Of a DNA stretch of 64,000 nt, positions 51,187 to 63,099 are shown piece by piece. The notes under the pieces were generated by a model. The model made no database searches, was not told where the DNA came from, and saw only the letters and a program-made list of their open reading frames with translations. A program made the position numbers and the translations under genes. How positions within the stretch are numbered: the first letter of the stretch is position 1; every line of letters starts with the position of its first letter. Origin of the DNA: Chlorokybus atmophyticus (taxonomy: Eukaryota > Plantae > Mesostigma and Chlorokybus algae); NCBI GenBank assembly GCA_009103225.1, contig RHPI01001559.1:4274-68273 (forward strand), given 5' to 3'.

Positions 51187-52950
51187 TCAAGGCTTTTTAT
51201 GACTTTTCACTCGCTTTGCTGGCGGCTCTTCTTCAGCTTCTTCAGCTTCATCTTCATCAAGCTCGTCATCCTCTTCCACTTCGTCATCGCTTGGTTCAAA
51301 GTCCACACCTGCTTCAAGCTCTTCATCATTTTGATCAGGTCGAGGTAACAGGTACTCAGTCCCATATTCCTCCTGTAGGCCAACAGATGGTGAAAGACAG
51401 CTCACATTGACAACAGGCACAGGTAACCTGCAACAGTGTTTGCACCTTTTCCTCCTCTTCCTCCTCTTCCTCCTCTTCTACCTCTACCTCTGCTTCATCG
51501 CCCGCAGCCACTGCGCGCAAGATTTACAAAGCAAAGCAATCAGACGAGCACAGCCTGCAGCAGATACACAGCAACCAAGTACGCAGACAGCCAGCATCTT
51601 GCAGGGCGCATACCGCTTTGCTGATGTGGTTCTTCACCCTCCTCATCCTCACCCTCGACATCCTGCCAGCGCATAACCAACACAGTCAGTGAACACCACA
51701 TGCTGAGCCTAATAGAGTTGCGTCGGGCACTGGCGCGCGCGCACGTGCGCATGTTATATTCACCTCTTCCTCTTCAATGTCCTCCTCGCCCTCCTCACCC
51801 TCTTCCTCGGCTTCCTCCTCTTCTCCTTCATCCCCCTCTTCGGCCCCTTCCTCCTCTTCCAGCTCCTCACCCTCCGCCTCGTCACCCTCCTCTTCTTCCT
51901 CTTCCTCCTCCTCTTGTTCCTCCTCCTCCTGTTCCTCCTCTTCTTCTCCCTCTACTGCTGGTTCTTCTTGGGCCCCATCCCCCTCCTCACCCTCTTCTAC
52001 CTCTTCTTCTTCTTCCTCCTCCTCGTCGTCCTCGTCCTCGTCCTCGTCATCCTCGTCAGCGCCATCATCCTCACTGATTGCGATAGCGACGCTGGGGGTG
52101 CTTCCCTTTGGCCTTAGGCTGGCCGTGACGTCCCGAACAACGTCTTCGTCGCTGACGCTGTCATGCTCTTCGTCCTGCTCTTCAGCATCTTCACCAGAAG
52201 ATATGTCTGCGGTGCAATGCAATCAGCACAAGCATGCAGTAATGCAGGATGGAGATACAGCAGCAAGGCATAGTAGAAATAGCAAAGCATAGCTCACACT
52301 TACATTGCACGTCATCTTTAGGAGGCTGGTGATGTGAGGATGACACGCTTGGAGGCTGCACGGCCGCCTCCATGCGATGTGCAACCGCTATGGCGTGTTC
52401 GCTTGAAGCAAGCACCCTGGTGTTCAACCTCAATCCTTCTCACCAGCCCGAGGCAGTGTTATACCTTCTCTTTCTCTCTCTCGAAGGCTAAAGCAACAAG
52501 CACTGACTGTGTCAGCTACGTGCAACGCTGTATGCAACAAACTGTAACAGCAGTGAATGTGAGACGGGTCCAACGAAAGCACGCAAGCTGTGACAAGCAT
52601 ACAGGCGTTCTGCACGAAGACACCAACGTGTGCAATCTCAGGACAGGCTTAGTATCATGGGGGAAGGTGTATGCAGACTCAAATCAGGCATGGATGCAGC
52701 AAGGACATAGAGGCAAGCCATGTAAGGCAATGCACAGCAGTCTCACCCGTTCACAAGTGCTGAGTGTCGACGTTACATGGGCAGCAGATACTCGACCACC
52801 ACTTGTACCAGCAACGACTGAGACGATCACGACTAGTAGCATACAAGCTGTACACGGCACAGACCAGGCCAGCTGTCAAACAGGCCGCCGCTCATGCAAG
52901 TAGACATGCCACGCTGTGAAAGCCATGGATGAGTGCTGGCATAGCCGTCT
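51187..52950 (-). CDS. Very acidic low-complexity protein resembling the ANP32-related acidic tail (no LRR seen); N-terminal exons unresolved
   Basis: Spliced E/D-rich exons end EYGTEYLLPRP..DFEPSDD..PPAKRVKSHKKP*. The GTEYL..DFEP motif and terminal basic NLS recall plant ANP32-related acidic proteins. Confidence 0.65.
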
Positions 52951-53737
52951 TACCACCTGGCGCCTCCGGTCAGCTTGAGCAGGGGCTTCACCGAGGGTAC
53001 GCAGAGGCGTGACCACTGCTAGAAGCACGCCGCAAGTAACGCCGCCGACACCACCGACCACCCCACCCACACCGCCGCCAACACAGTGTGGCAACACTGC
53101 CTCCAAGCTTAAGGTTTGCAATTTTAGGGTTGGCTTCAAAGCTTGCAAAGCTCGCAGCCAGCAAGCACCGCGACTTCCGGTCACATCGCCTGGATACTTC
53201 GGTCGCGCCTACCCTTTTGCTTCAATGACTCGGTCTGGAGCCCGTAAAACGACTCGTACCTAGCAGTTGGTGCGTAAACACTACAGGTAAGAAGACCAGT
53301 GCACCGGTCACCTACGAGGCGCGGAAAAGCGGTGCTCGCTCGCATAAGTTAGCCAACTTAGCTGCGTCGGTGTATGCGGTCGAAGGTCAAGGTTAGCCTA
53401 ACCAGCCACACCGCAATACGTACTATGTCAACCAATCGCGGTGGCGCGAAGCCCCTTGCAACCCAGTTGCCATGAAAGCCAAGCGTTAAAACGCGTCATC
53501 GGCGACTGCGGAAGAGAAGTTCTCGCGCGGCTGTGCCACGCAAAGTTGTTGATTCACTGAAGGACGCTGCATGCAGCGCTCGCTCTGCACGGTTAGTACT
53601 GGGTTAACGAAATGGCTCGTGGGAGAGATGCACTGAACTAGATCAACTTGACGACGACCAGGCAGCTGCAACGACTTGCGACAACCTCGAAGGCGTTCGA
53701 AGCTACAACGCTTTCAACAACGCTTCAAATACTGCAT

Positions 53738-53745
53738 TAGGGTTT
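53738..53745 (-). promoter_or_regulatory. Telo-box upstream of VHA-C
   Basis: TAGGGTTT (reverse complement AAACCCTA) about 120 nt before the ATG. Confidence 0.35.
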
Positions 53746-53863
53746 GCCAAAATCAAGGTGTTGGGCTGGTTGTTGGCGTAGTTGCTGCGGGCCGCGGTGG
53801 CGGCGGCAGCGGCGGGATCGGCGTCGCTGCTGTGGCTCTGGCTTGCGTGGAGCCTTGGCGGCA

Positions 53864-56813
53864 ATGGTCTATTGGTTGATCTCTGTCCCGGTGGAGGGTA
53901 CCCGCGACAACACTTGGGACTCGCTGCAGAACAAGACCGTGTACGAGAGAGACCTTGCGCAGAACCATAAGGTGTTTTACCTGTGTGAATTTGTTTCTTT
54001 AAGAAGTTCTTGCTGCAGGAATGGAGTACACTTACCTGTGCTGCATTGAATGTAGTTGTGGCCTCCGCAGGCATGCTTGGAATAACTTATTGATGAACGT
54101 TATTCCGATAGTGTCCCCGCTTTGCGATGGCACGCTATTCAGATTCTGGTTAGCTTATATGTGATTCATGGTTATTCGTGCCTTTACGCCAATCTTATGG
54201 GTGTTCTCCATGCACATTAGCACGAAGCTCTGCCATCCTCGTTTGCATGCAGTAGTAGTAGAGTTTCCTTTTTTGGTGCAGCTGCTCTGTCCAACCTGCG
54301 ACTTGACTCTGACTGATATGTGTCCTCTGCAGTTCAACATTCCCGAGCTGCGTGTCGGCACGTTGGATGCATTGCTCACTCTTAGCGACGAGCTCCAGAA
54401 GGTGGGCCAAGCGTACAGCTGTTCAGTTGTCATGCAAGTAAAGAATTGGAGTCAGTCGGCATGCGCATGCAGCTTATGCTTGGGAAACGCGCGTTCTGTA
54501 ATTCGGTCACGGTGATTACCAACGCTGCAACAGTCGTTGGTTATCACCATCAGTGAATGCAAGCAATCCCATAGCAGCTATCCAATGCTGTACCCTTCTT
54601 TACTGGGGCAAGGTCGGACAATTGGTTGTAACTGTCAGGTGAATGGGTTTGTTGAGGGGGTCACGGGCAAGATTAAGCGACAGCTTGAAGACTTGGACCG
54701 TGCTGGTGTTTCTGCCACCGAGGGCAGTGTTGTTGGCGGCAATGCGGTCCACTCGCAATCCTCGCTGACTAGGTGTGTGCTGGCAGCATTTATGGCGCTG
54801 TCTGTTGCAACCTCCCATGGTCAGCATCTGGTTGTTGACTACACCCAATAAGGCAACACTGGATGTGATTGTCACCTTATGTTACATATGTGTACAATGC
54901 CCTCTGCAATGTGCACGCATGTCAGTTGCACGAGTCCAGTGTGGCATAGTCTGTGTAGAAGCACTTGCAAAGAGTGGTGGGTACCATAGCTTTAGCAGCA
55001 ATGCCAGCATGTCCTATCATAGGTTGATGAACCTGTGCCATACTAGGTTTACCTGGGACGAGGCAAAGCATCCAGTCAAAAGTTCCTTGCGCGATCTTGT
55101 GGACAAAATACAGGAGGGTGTTGCAAAGCAGGAAGATGAGCTGAAGGTAAGGGTTGGCTTGCGAGTGGTCTGTAAACAAGCAAAGTGTTTGGAAAGCAAC
55201 CAACAATTAGGCACTGTGTTGTTCAGATTCGGACAGCTGAGTATGGCTCGTTGAAGAACCAGCTTAGCGCTATCAACCGCAAAGCAGCTGGCAGGCAAGG
55301 AACACTGCTTGCAAGTAACCACAATGTTGTCTCCCTTGCGTGTACTGCTGGCATGTCTGACCACTTGCACTGAATTGTATCTCTGGTCTTTAGCTTGACT
55401 GTGCGCGACTTGTCCTCGTTGGTAACAGCAGAGCACATCGTCGAGACTGAGCATCTCACGACGCTCCTAGTCGTGGTACGTGTGGGTGCTTAGCCCATCT
55501 CAGGCATGCCACCTGCATGTGCAGATAGTTTCGCGCAAGCACTCCATCCCAGCAGAAATAGATCTTGTTGTCTTGTGCGGCAGGTGCCTCGATATAGCGA
55601 ACGGGAGTGGCTATCTTCTTACGAGAAGCTGGAACAATTTGTGGTCCCGCGAAGTTCAAAGCTTATTGCCGAGGAGTCGGACTACGCTCTGTTCACAGTT
55701 GTGCTGTTCAAGAAAGTGGTTGATAGCTTCAAGATTGCAGCGAGAGATCGATCGTTTCAGGTGCTGCAGAAGTCTGCCTTGCCCCAATCTGGTCGCACAA
55801 CTACGCACAAGCGCTTACTACAACTACGGTGGTCTGCAGGTGCGCGAGTACGAACACAATGCGGAAGCCGCAAGTTCGAAGGGAGAGGCTGCACAGAGGA
55901 TGAAGCAGGAAATGGAACTGAAACAAAGCAATTTGGTACAGTGGTGCCAAGCAGCTTATGGTGAGGTGAGCATTGTTCACGTGATGCGCGTCGCCTGCGC
56001 AGGGTTGAGTGGCGTCTCTTGCATTTTCCGCAAGCTTTATGGCTGTGGTTGCTGCCTTGTTCTGTGTCTTGGTGCACGGCTACATGTGTGTTGGTTTGCT
56101 GATGTATGGCAACCCACGTGCATCTCTGTTTATGGTGACACTGTTGGTGAGGCGTGTATTGCGTAATTTCAAATATCTCTTATAAGAAGGTGCCTTGCTG
56201 AACAGCAGGCAGCATCCCCAAACTACGTTGTGTATTATGCAGGTGTTTTCAGACTGGATGCATCTGCTTGCGATCAGAATATTTACTGAGAGTATACTAA
56301 GATATGGGCTGCCTCCCAAGTTTTTGGTGAGCGTCTCCTATCACAGTCGATTGCCAGAGCCTTCGCGGCTGGTATCATGAGCGACCTGTTTATAACTGTT
56401 TTTGTGGCACTGCAGGCTGTTGTAATGAAGCCCAATAACAAGCAAGAAAAGCGGCTGAGGCAAATACTGACCAATACTTATGGCAAAGGCGGTGACAGGT
56501 ACGCCCGGCAAGCCAGCATTGCATGCCAGCTTGTTGACAGCATGCACATTACAACTGCCACAAGCCTACTGTTGCGGTTGAGATTGGCACTGATAACCAG
56601 CAAGTTCTGAAGTCTGCATGTCACATCTGTGTTGCCACTACGTTTTGGCGAGTCAAGCCCTGTACTCCGCTTTGCTTGTCAGGGTTGTTGTCTGATGTCT
56701 TACCTGGCGTGTGCAGTGCATTCTGGTCAGCTGAAGTTTCGAACGAAGTAAGCGCATTCGATGGTGGAGCCGAGTTGTTTCCCTATGTATCGTTTACCTT
56801 GAACATTGATTAG
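53864..56813 (+). CDS. VHA-C: V-type proton ATPase subunit C; multi-exon
   Basis: MVYWLISVP; FNIPELRVGTLDALLTLSDEL; FTWDEAKHP; RKAAGSLTVRDL; TEHLTTLLVV; FVVPRSSKLIAEESDYALFTVVLFKK; FSDWMHLLAIRIFTESILRYGLPPKF; FPYVSFTLNID*. Confidence 0.96.
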
Positions 56814-58580
56814 TGAAGGCCTGTAACATAGCAGCTTGAAAGGTTGAGCTGAAGCAGCAGCAGTTGATATAGCTGACGATTGATGCATGGTAGTAAGCAC
56901 AGTTTCGCGGCTTTGCAAGCGGTGCAAATATTGGCAATGTTGTGAACATTGTCAGAGAAACGTGCACAGCATCTTAGAGTGATGCCAACCAACACACCGC
57001 CATTGGTATATAATCTGGTGCCAATGAAAGTGCCGCTTGTGTTTTGTTGTTATGATTTATTTATAACAAGATGGTTGCACAACAAGCGCGTGGGCATAGG
57101 TATTGCCAAGCGTGCTTGTCCTTGCCGTGTGGACTCAGCGCATCGTTTCGTCCTGCATGGATGTCGCGGGTTGAGCTTCGTGGCTGCTGTCACCTTTTTC
57201 GCGCAGCGGGGCTGGAGGGCAAGGTGTTCGTGTGCTTCGCCAATATCTGAAGCATTCTGCTAGCGGCGAATGGCAACGGCTGGTCCAAGAGCGGCGCGCG
57301 CAGCTGCAGAGGCGACAAGAGCACAAGCACGCATGCACGAAGACGGACGCAACGCAAGCTGCAATGTTCAGCTCCGACGTCGACGCGCAGAACGCTTAGC
57401 GCGAGTGGGTGAGCTACGTCGCGCCGCAGCTGCTGATCGTGATGATCGTTGCAACTGAGATCGCGTTGGACTTGATGCGAGCCGATGAGTGTTGATTCGG
57501 CATTGTGTGGTGTTGTAGTATTGTGTGTGGACCAAGCGAGCGGTGAGGGGAGATTTTGATTGTTTCACGCCTGCAGAGTAGAGGAAACAATGCGCAGATT
57601 CGCGCGTGTACAAAAGATGCAACATGCACAGCGCGCATGCAACTAAGCAAGCCGCTCGTTTCACTTGCATGTGACGCACAAGCAAGCCAACTAGCACGCA
57701 CACAAGCAGCAGCAGTCATGCACACTCACCATCACCGCTTCAATATTTATACACACGACCACCGGACTCACGTTTCAACTATCTCACCTAATTCGCCTTA
57801 TTGCTACCACGACTACTTCGCACACTACCCACCGGCCCCATCACTCAAGCACGCATGCAAGCACACTTACGGACGTTATCTGCACGCTAGCACGCGGTCA
57901 ATCCCCAAGCACAGTCCCCAAACCGTCGCAGCAGCAGGACGCAAGTGGTAGTGTTCCCCACACGCCCCCCTCTCTGTCCCTCTCCTCACCCTCCTATACT
58001 CCCTACTCACGCCGCCGCTGCGCCTGCTGTTTGTGTCTTGTACTACTACTAGTAGTAGTAACACTTAGCGCTCTGGGGTCCCTCAGTGCTGCTGACAGAG
58101 CCTCTGCCATGGTGGTTGTCGGTTGGTGGGCGTGTGTGGTTCTGGCATGTGCCTGTGCATGGCGTGCTCACTTGCATGCAAGGAAGAGAAAAGCACGGAA
58201 AGCAAGAAACAAAACCATTCACATTGAGCCACGCTTGCAAGGTGAGAAAAATGCGTGCTTAGTATATTTTGCAAAAGCGCTCCTATCTGTATACAACTAC
58301 ACTGCGCTTGTAGCGCCCTGATCGATGTCACTGCAACTGCAGCTTATCAGCATCGTCTTACTCTACACATACAGCATAACAATATGTCATGCTCAAAGAA
58401 TGTACTTCTCTGTTGCGTAAATGTGCGCTCCAACCTACCACACGCGTGCATATGCCGCGCGCTGCAGACGAATCCACCGCCGGAAGCAAAGCTTCCTAGC
58501 CTGTCGCAATAACTATCCTACAGTCGAATGTCGACTCGTTGAATGTATATATACCCCACATTGGAAGGTGCCCTCCTCTT

Positions 58581-60344
58581 TTAGTTGGCCATCCCGCATC
58601 CCAACACGTGCGCCTGTCCCGCCTTGCAGCACTCGGCGTACGTGGTCCACACCGAGCCGGGGCCCCAGTTGCACGCGGAAGGGTTGGGCCCGCAGTCGCG
58701 CTTCGGCCACCACGCGCTGGCGACGTAACAACCGCTGCCTCCAGGTGTGGGTGAGGGTGTGGGTGAGGGAGTGGGTGAGGGGGTAGGGGAGGGGNNNNNN
58801 NNNNNNNNNNNNNNNNNNNNNNNNNNNNNNNNNNNNNNNNNNNNNNNNNNNNNNNNNNNNNNNNNNNNNNNNNNNNNNNNNNNNNNNNNNNNNNNNNNNN
58901 NNNNNNNNNNNNNNNNNNNNNNNNTAGGGGAGGGGGTGGGGGAAGGTGTGGTGGGGTTGGAGGTGCACCCGCCTGCGAAGGCGTTGCCGGGCTTGCAGCA
59001 GGACGCCATCGTGTTGTAGACCTGCGACACAACAACAACAACAACATATTGTTAGGTCAGTGTGGACTCGTCGCTGTTGGGGTGCACAGAGCTCGACTGT
59101 GTGTTGTAGTAGTAACACAACATGTAGTTCTCACCGTGGACCAGCCGCAAGCGTCGGGGTTGTGTTCGCACGTGCCCGCCTGGGTGTTGCTAGCGGTGTA
59201 GCATCCGTATCCGGGAGCGTTGGCGGGTGTCTTTGCGGGGTAACCGATGGAGATGTCGGCGCAGTTCCAGAACTCCTCAGGGTAAGGGGCAACTCCCTGA
59301 CCGCAGTAGCCCAAGGCAGGGTTCAATGTGGGCACCTTGCCCACGGGCCAACCGGGCTTGTTGCAACTGCAGAGCAGAGTGAATCAGTCAGTCAGGATGA
59401 CGCACACACACATGAGTACACGCACACAGTAGAATAAAGACACCAATCATCCTTACTTGTTGCCAGTGAGGTAGTGCCATTGGAGTACGCATCGCTCGCA
59501 CTTGACGCTGGCGGGGAGTGTGTACTGCATCGTGTAGGTGTAGGGTCCGCCGCCGGGTGCCGCCGTGGGGAGGAACCACCACTGGCCTTTGCCATCTGAC
59601 CTCCGGAGGATGTGCTGGTTGAAGCAAGCCTGTGAAACACGACACTGGTTAGCGAGCTGAGAACGGTGGGTGGACATGTGTGAGAGTGGGTGTGTACACT
59701 TGCCTGTGTGGCCTCGTTGGTGACGCTGGGGTTGGATAGCGGGCAGAGGCGGAACTCGACTGCGCCCATGTGGTGGGATGCGATGACCACGGTGACGGTG
59801 ATGGACTGGCCCACTTGGTAGTACTTGGCAACGAGGCCGTTGGCGTACTTCCCACCCGCCTGTAATGCAGCACACTCGCTTAGTAAAAGGTATGTTGGGT
59901 TGTTATTCTAATACTCGAATATATATACGTGCGCACACACGCACCATGTGGTCCTGGTTGACGTTCCACGCATCGCCGCAGATTCCGTGCTTGCCAGCTG
60001 GCCACTTGACAGTCTGTCCGAGTGAGACCGTCTGCCCGCACAAACACAAACACATGCACAAGACCAGTTAGCGCATTGGCAGCGTGAACAGCACAAACAC
60101 AAGTACACTACAGCATCCATGCATGCAACAAGGAGGCAGCATGAAACACTTGGCAAAAACTCACCCCAACGCCACCAGCATTGAGGCAGTGCTCGCAGTA
60201 GTTGGCGGGGGCGTCCTTGTAGCCGAGGCCGAACAGGGCGTTGCGGGCCGGAGGGTCAGCCATGTAGCCGTGTGCGCTGGCGGACCAGACGCACATGCTT
60301 GAGCAGACCACCAGCATCAGCAGCCATGTCGCCGCCGCAGCCAT
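58581..60344 (-). CDS. Secreted lytic polysaccharide monooxygenase (LPMO_10 fold, AA15-like) with two 6-Cys modules and a Ser/Thr-Pro linker; N gap 58795-58924 inside the linker
   Basis: Signal peptide ..SASA then His1 HGYMADPPARN; CLNAGG; HGICGD; ASHHMGAVEFRLC; EATQACF; LPASVKCERCVLQWHYLTGN; PEEFWNCADI; stop TAA at 58583-58581. Confidence 0.88.
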
Positions 60345-60436
60345 GATGCTGCACTACACCACACTCTGCTTGCCGCCTAATGCAGCTGAATGCAAGCACG
60401 TACTGTGTTATACAATCTGTAGCAGCCCCGGCCTGG

Positions 60437-60444
60437 TTTATATA
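60437..60444 (-). promoter_or_regulatory. TATA box of the minus-strand LPMO copy
   Basis: TTTATATA, i.e. TATATAAA on the minus strand, about 93 nt before the ATG. Confidence 0.6.
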
Positions 60445-62999
60445 GCTCGACTCCAGGCCAGAAATACATCGGACCAACAGCATCATCATCATCATCCAGA
60501 GCAAATGCAGCAGCAAGTTTGAGACACACATACCGCCGCCATCGCTAGCGACAAAGCCCATAGACTATCACGTGACCCTACTCACGAGTGAATCACTGAA
60601 CCAACCATCGTGTGCATGAACTAACAAACCACTAAATCACTGATTCACTGGCGGCATTAGTTCAGTGACGCGAGCGGCACGGATGTGTCCCGGCCGCCTT
60701 CGAACTCTGCTCCTGAACCCGTTTGGGACTGTAGCTATCCGACACGGGCTATAGCGGGCTATAGGCTGTAGCGGCGCCCGTAGGCCTAGCCGTGCGTTAC
60801 ACACCCTGTCACAATCTGTTTGACTGAGGCCTGGAAAAGGACTGTCCGCTGCGATTCGGCCCGCGACGGGACTCGCCGAAGGTGGGTTTGCCAGGGGGCT
60901 CCGGGGCAATTTCGGGGGCCCGGTCCTGAAAGGCACTTGCGACTGACAGGTCCTGGAAAAAGCCTCCGCGCGATCTCCGGTAACGGACGGCGCTTTGTCT
61001 GAGCAGTGACTGTGGTGTAAGCAGTGCCATGCAATGAGCTACGGGGGGGGGGGGGGGGGGGNAACGGCTTCAAGAATGTCAAATTGCACCGTTACCTGTC
61101 CAAAAAGCCCTCAGAGACAGTGACTCATAATGTGAGTCACAATAACAGTAACAGAAGTTTTTACAGAACCTTTGGGAATAGCGCTTCAACGCTGTATGCT
61201 GATATTTTATGATATTATGAAGTGCGTTTGTGAAGCAGCATGCAGCTTGCATGATGCTGCACAAACGCACTTCATAATATAGCTTTCGCTATCAAGTTTA
61301 ATGAACACCGAATGTTCACACAATAGAAGCAGCTCAAATTGACACGTTTTACAGAGTAGTTATGTAAGGGTAGTCCACACATTGCATGTATGCCACATTG
61401 TGATAAAGCGAGCGCGCAAGTGCGCTTATATATGTTACTCGTATCATGTGCGACACTGACATCAATGTAGCGAATTAAGTGTCTCTTAAACACCGCCCAT
61501 TATGTAAAAGTTGCCAATGTAATTCATTGCACTGCATGCAAGTAATATACATGTTCAAAGCAGTGTATGTTGATGTCATATTTACTTTAAACGCGCAGCA
61601 GGGAAATCTGCGCGAAATTCATCGCAGATATACGGATTACTTGTACTACAAGCTAGTAGCTCTGGCAGCCACAGTGTCCCATTGCTCAACGGCTTCTGGC
61701 TTACTATGATGCTTGTGTGTGTGTGTGTGTGTTTGTATGTGTGTGTGAGCCCATGTACCGCTTAAACTTGCACTTTAAGTTCAAGCCATGCTTCATGGTG
61801 CTGCTGAAGGGCCCAGCACACCATTGTTGCTTCTACCGCTGTTGCTTGCTTGCTAATGCATTTGTCTAATGTTTGCTCACTGTTCACTGTCTACGAAGAC
61901 GAAGGCGATTCAGTTTGCCTTGCATTGTGCATGTACATCATCATTGCAGTTGCTGACGACCAACGCATTGTTTTTGCATTAGTTTATGTCGCGTTGCAAC
62001 GATGTCATCGTAGTGGACGACGACACAGAAGCGGTCTTGACACATTTGCATGCGATAATATTGTAAGCGGGTCACACCATAAAAAAGGCTCAAGTTAAAA
62101 TCCAAGCAGATGCACATTTTATACAAGACTACATGATTAACTACGGAATGATTGATAACAACAATGAGGAGCAAGCTATGTTGTGCGTATAAGATAAAAC
62201 AATATAGCAACATCTCGGGACCAAACTTATCAACCAATACCTTTTTAGCATCATGGTGATTAACAAAGGTAAAAGCTAAGTAGTACTAACTAATGTCACT
62301 GTATTTTGGTCATGCTCAGCATGTTCATGTCTTATGATTGGCGTAAAAATAAACGTATATAATTTCAATACAAAACTTGTGCCCTTTATGAAGACCCTCC
62401 CCCCTTCATTTTTACGACCCCACCCCCCCTTCAAGCATATGCCCGCATGTGCGTAGGCACACATAGCATGCATGCATGCATGCACTCGCGCATACGCACA
62501 ATGACACGCGCACTTGCGCACACACGTGCATGTTGCATCACATCACGCAGCCACTTTGATGGATTTAAAAGTGCAAGCTATAAGCTAACATCATCTGTTG
62601 TGGTACATGTATAATTGCACACTTATATTGGTAAAGTTATAACAAACACACTTGCGGAGGTTCATGGACTTCAGCTTTGATTGAAAAGAGCTCATTGAGA
62701 GCTTTCAACGATGTCAACATTAACCTATCAACCAAATGACCGACCACTGAAGGTGGTTAACGCCCAACACTGGTGTTACACCGGCGGTCAATCAGTGAAC
62801 AACAAAGCCAAAATAGTTCACTCATCTGAGTATCAGTGTCACTACTTCACTCTAATGTAGGGTCACGTGATAGCCTACGAGCTTTGTCGTTAGCGATGGC
62901 GGCGGCGGCGGATAGTGTTAAGGATGAGGATGGGTCTCAAACTTGCTCTTGCCATGATGATGATGGTTGGTCCGATGTATTTCTGGCCTGGAGTCGAGC

Positions 63000-63007
63000 T
63001 ATATAAA
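63000..63007 (+). promoter_or_regulatory. TATA box of the plus-strand LPMO copy
   Basis: TATATAAA about 93 nt before ATG 63100; a G-box CACGTG lies at 62864-62869. Confidence 0.6.
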
Positions 63008-63099
63008 CCAGGCCGGGGCTGCTACAGATTGTATAACACAGTACGTGCTTGCATTCAGCTGCATTAGGCGGCAAGCAGAGTGTGGTGTAGTGCAGCATC

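Noticed and set aside
51700-52292. Plus-strand poly-Ser and poly-Pro ORFs
   Set aside because: Antisense shadows of the Glu/Asp-rich minus-strand exon.
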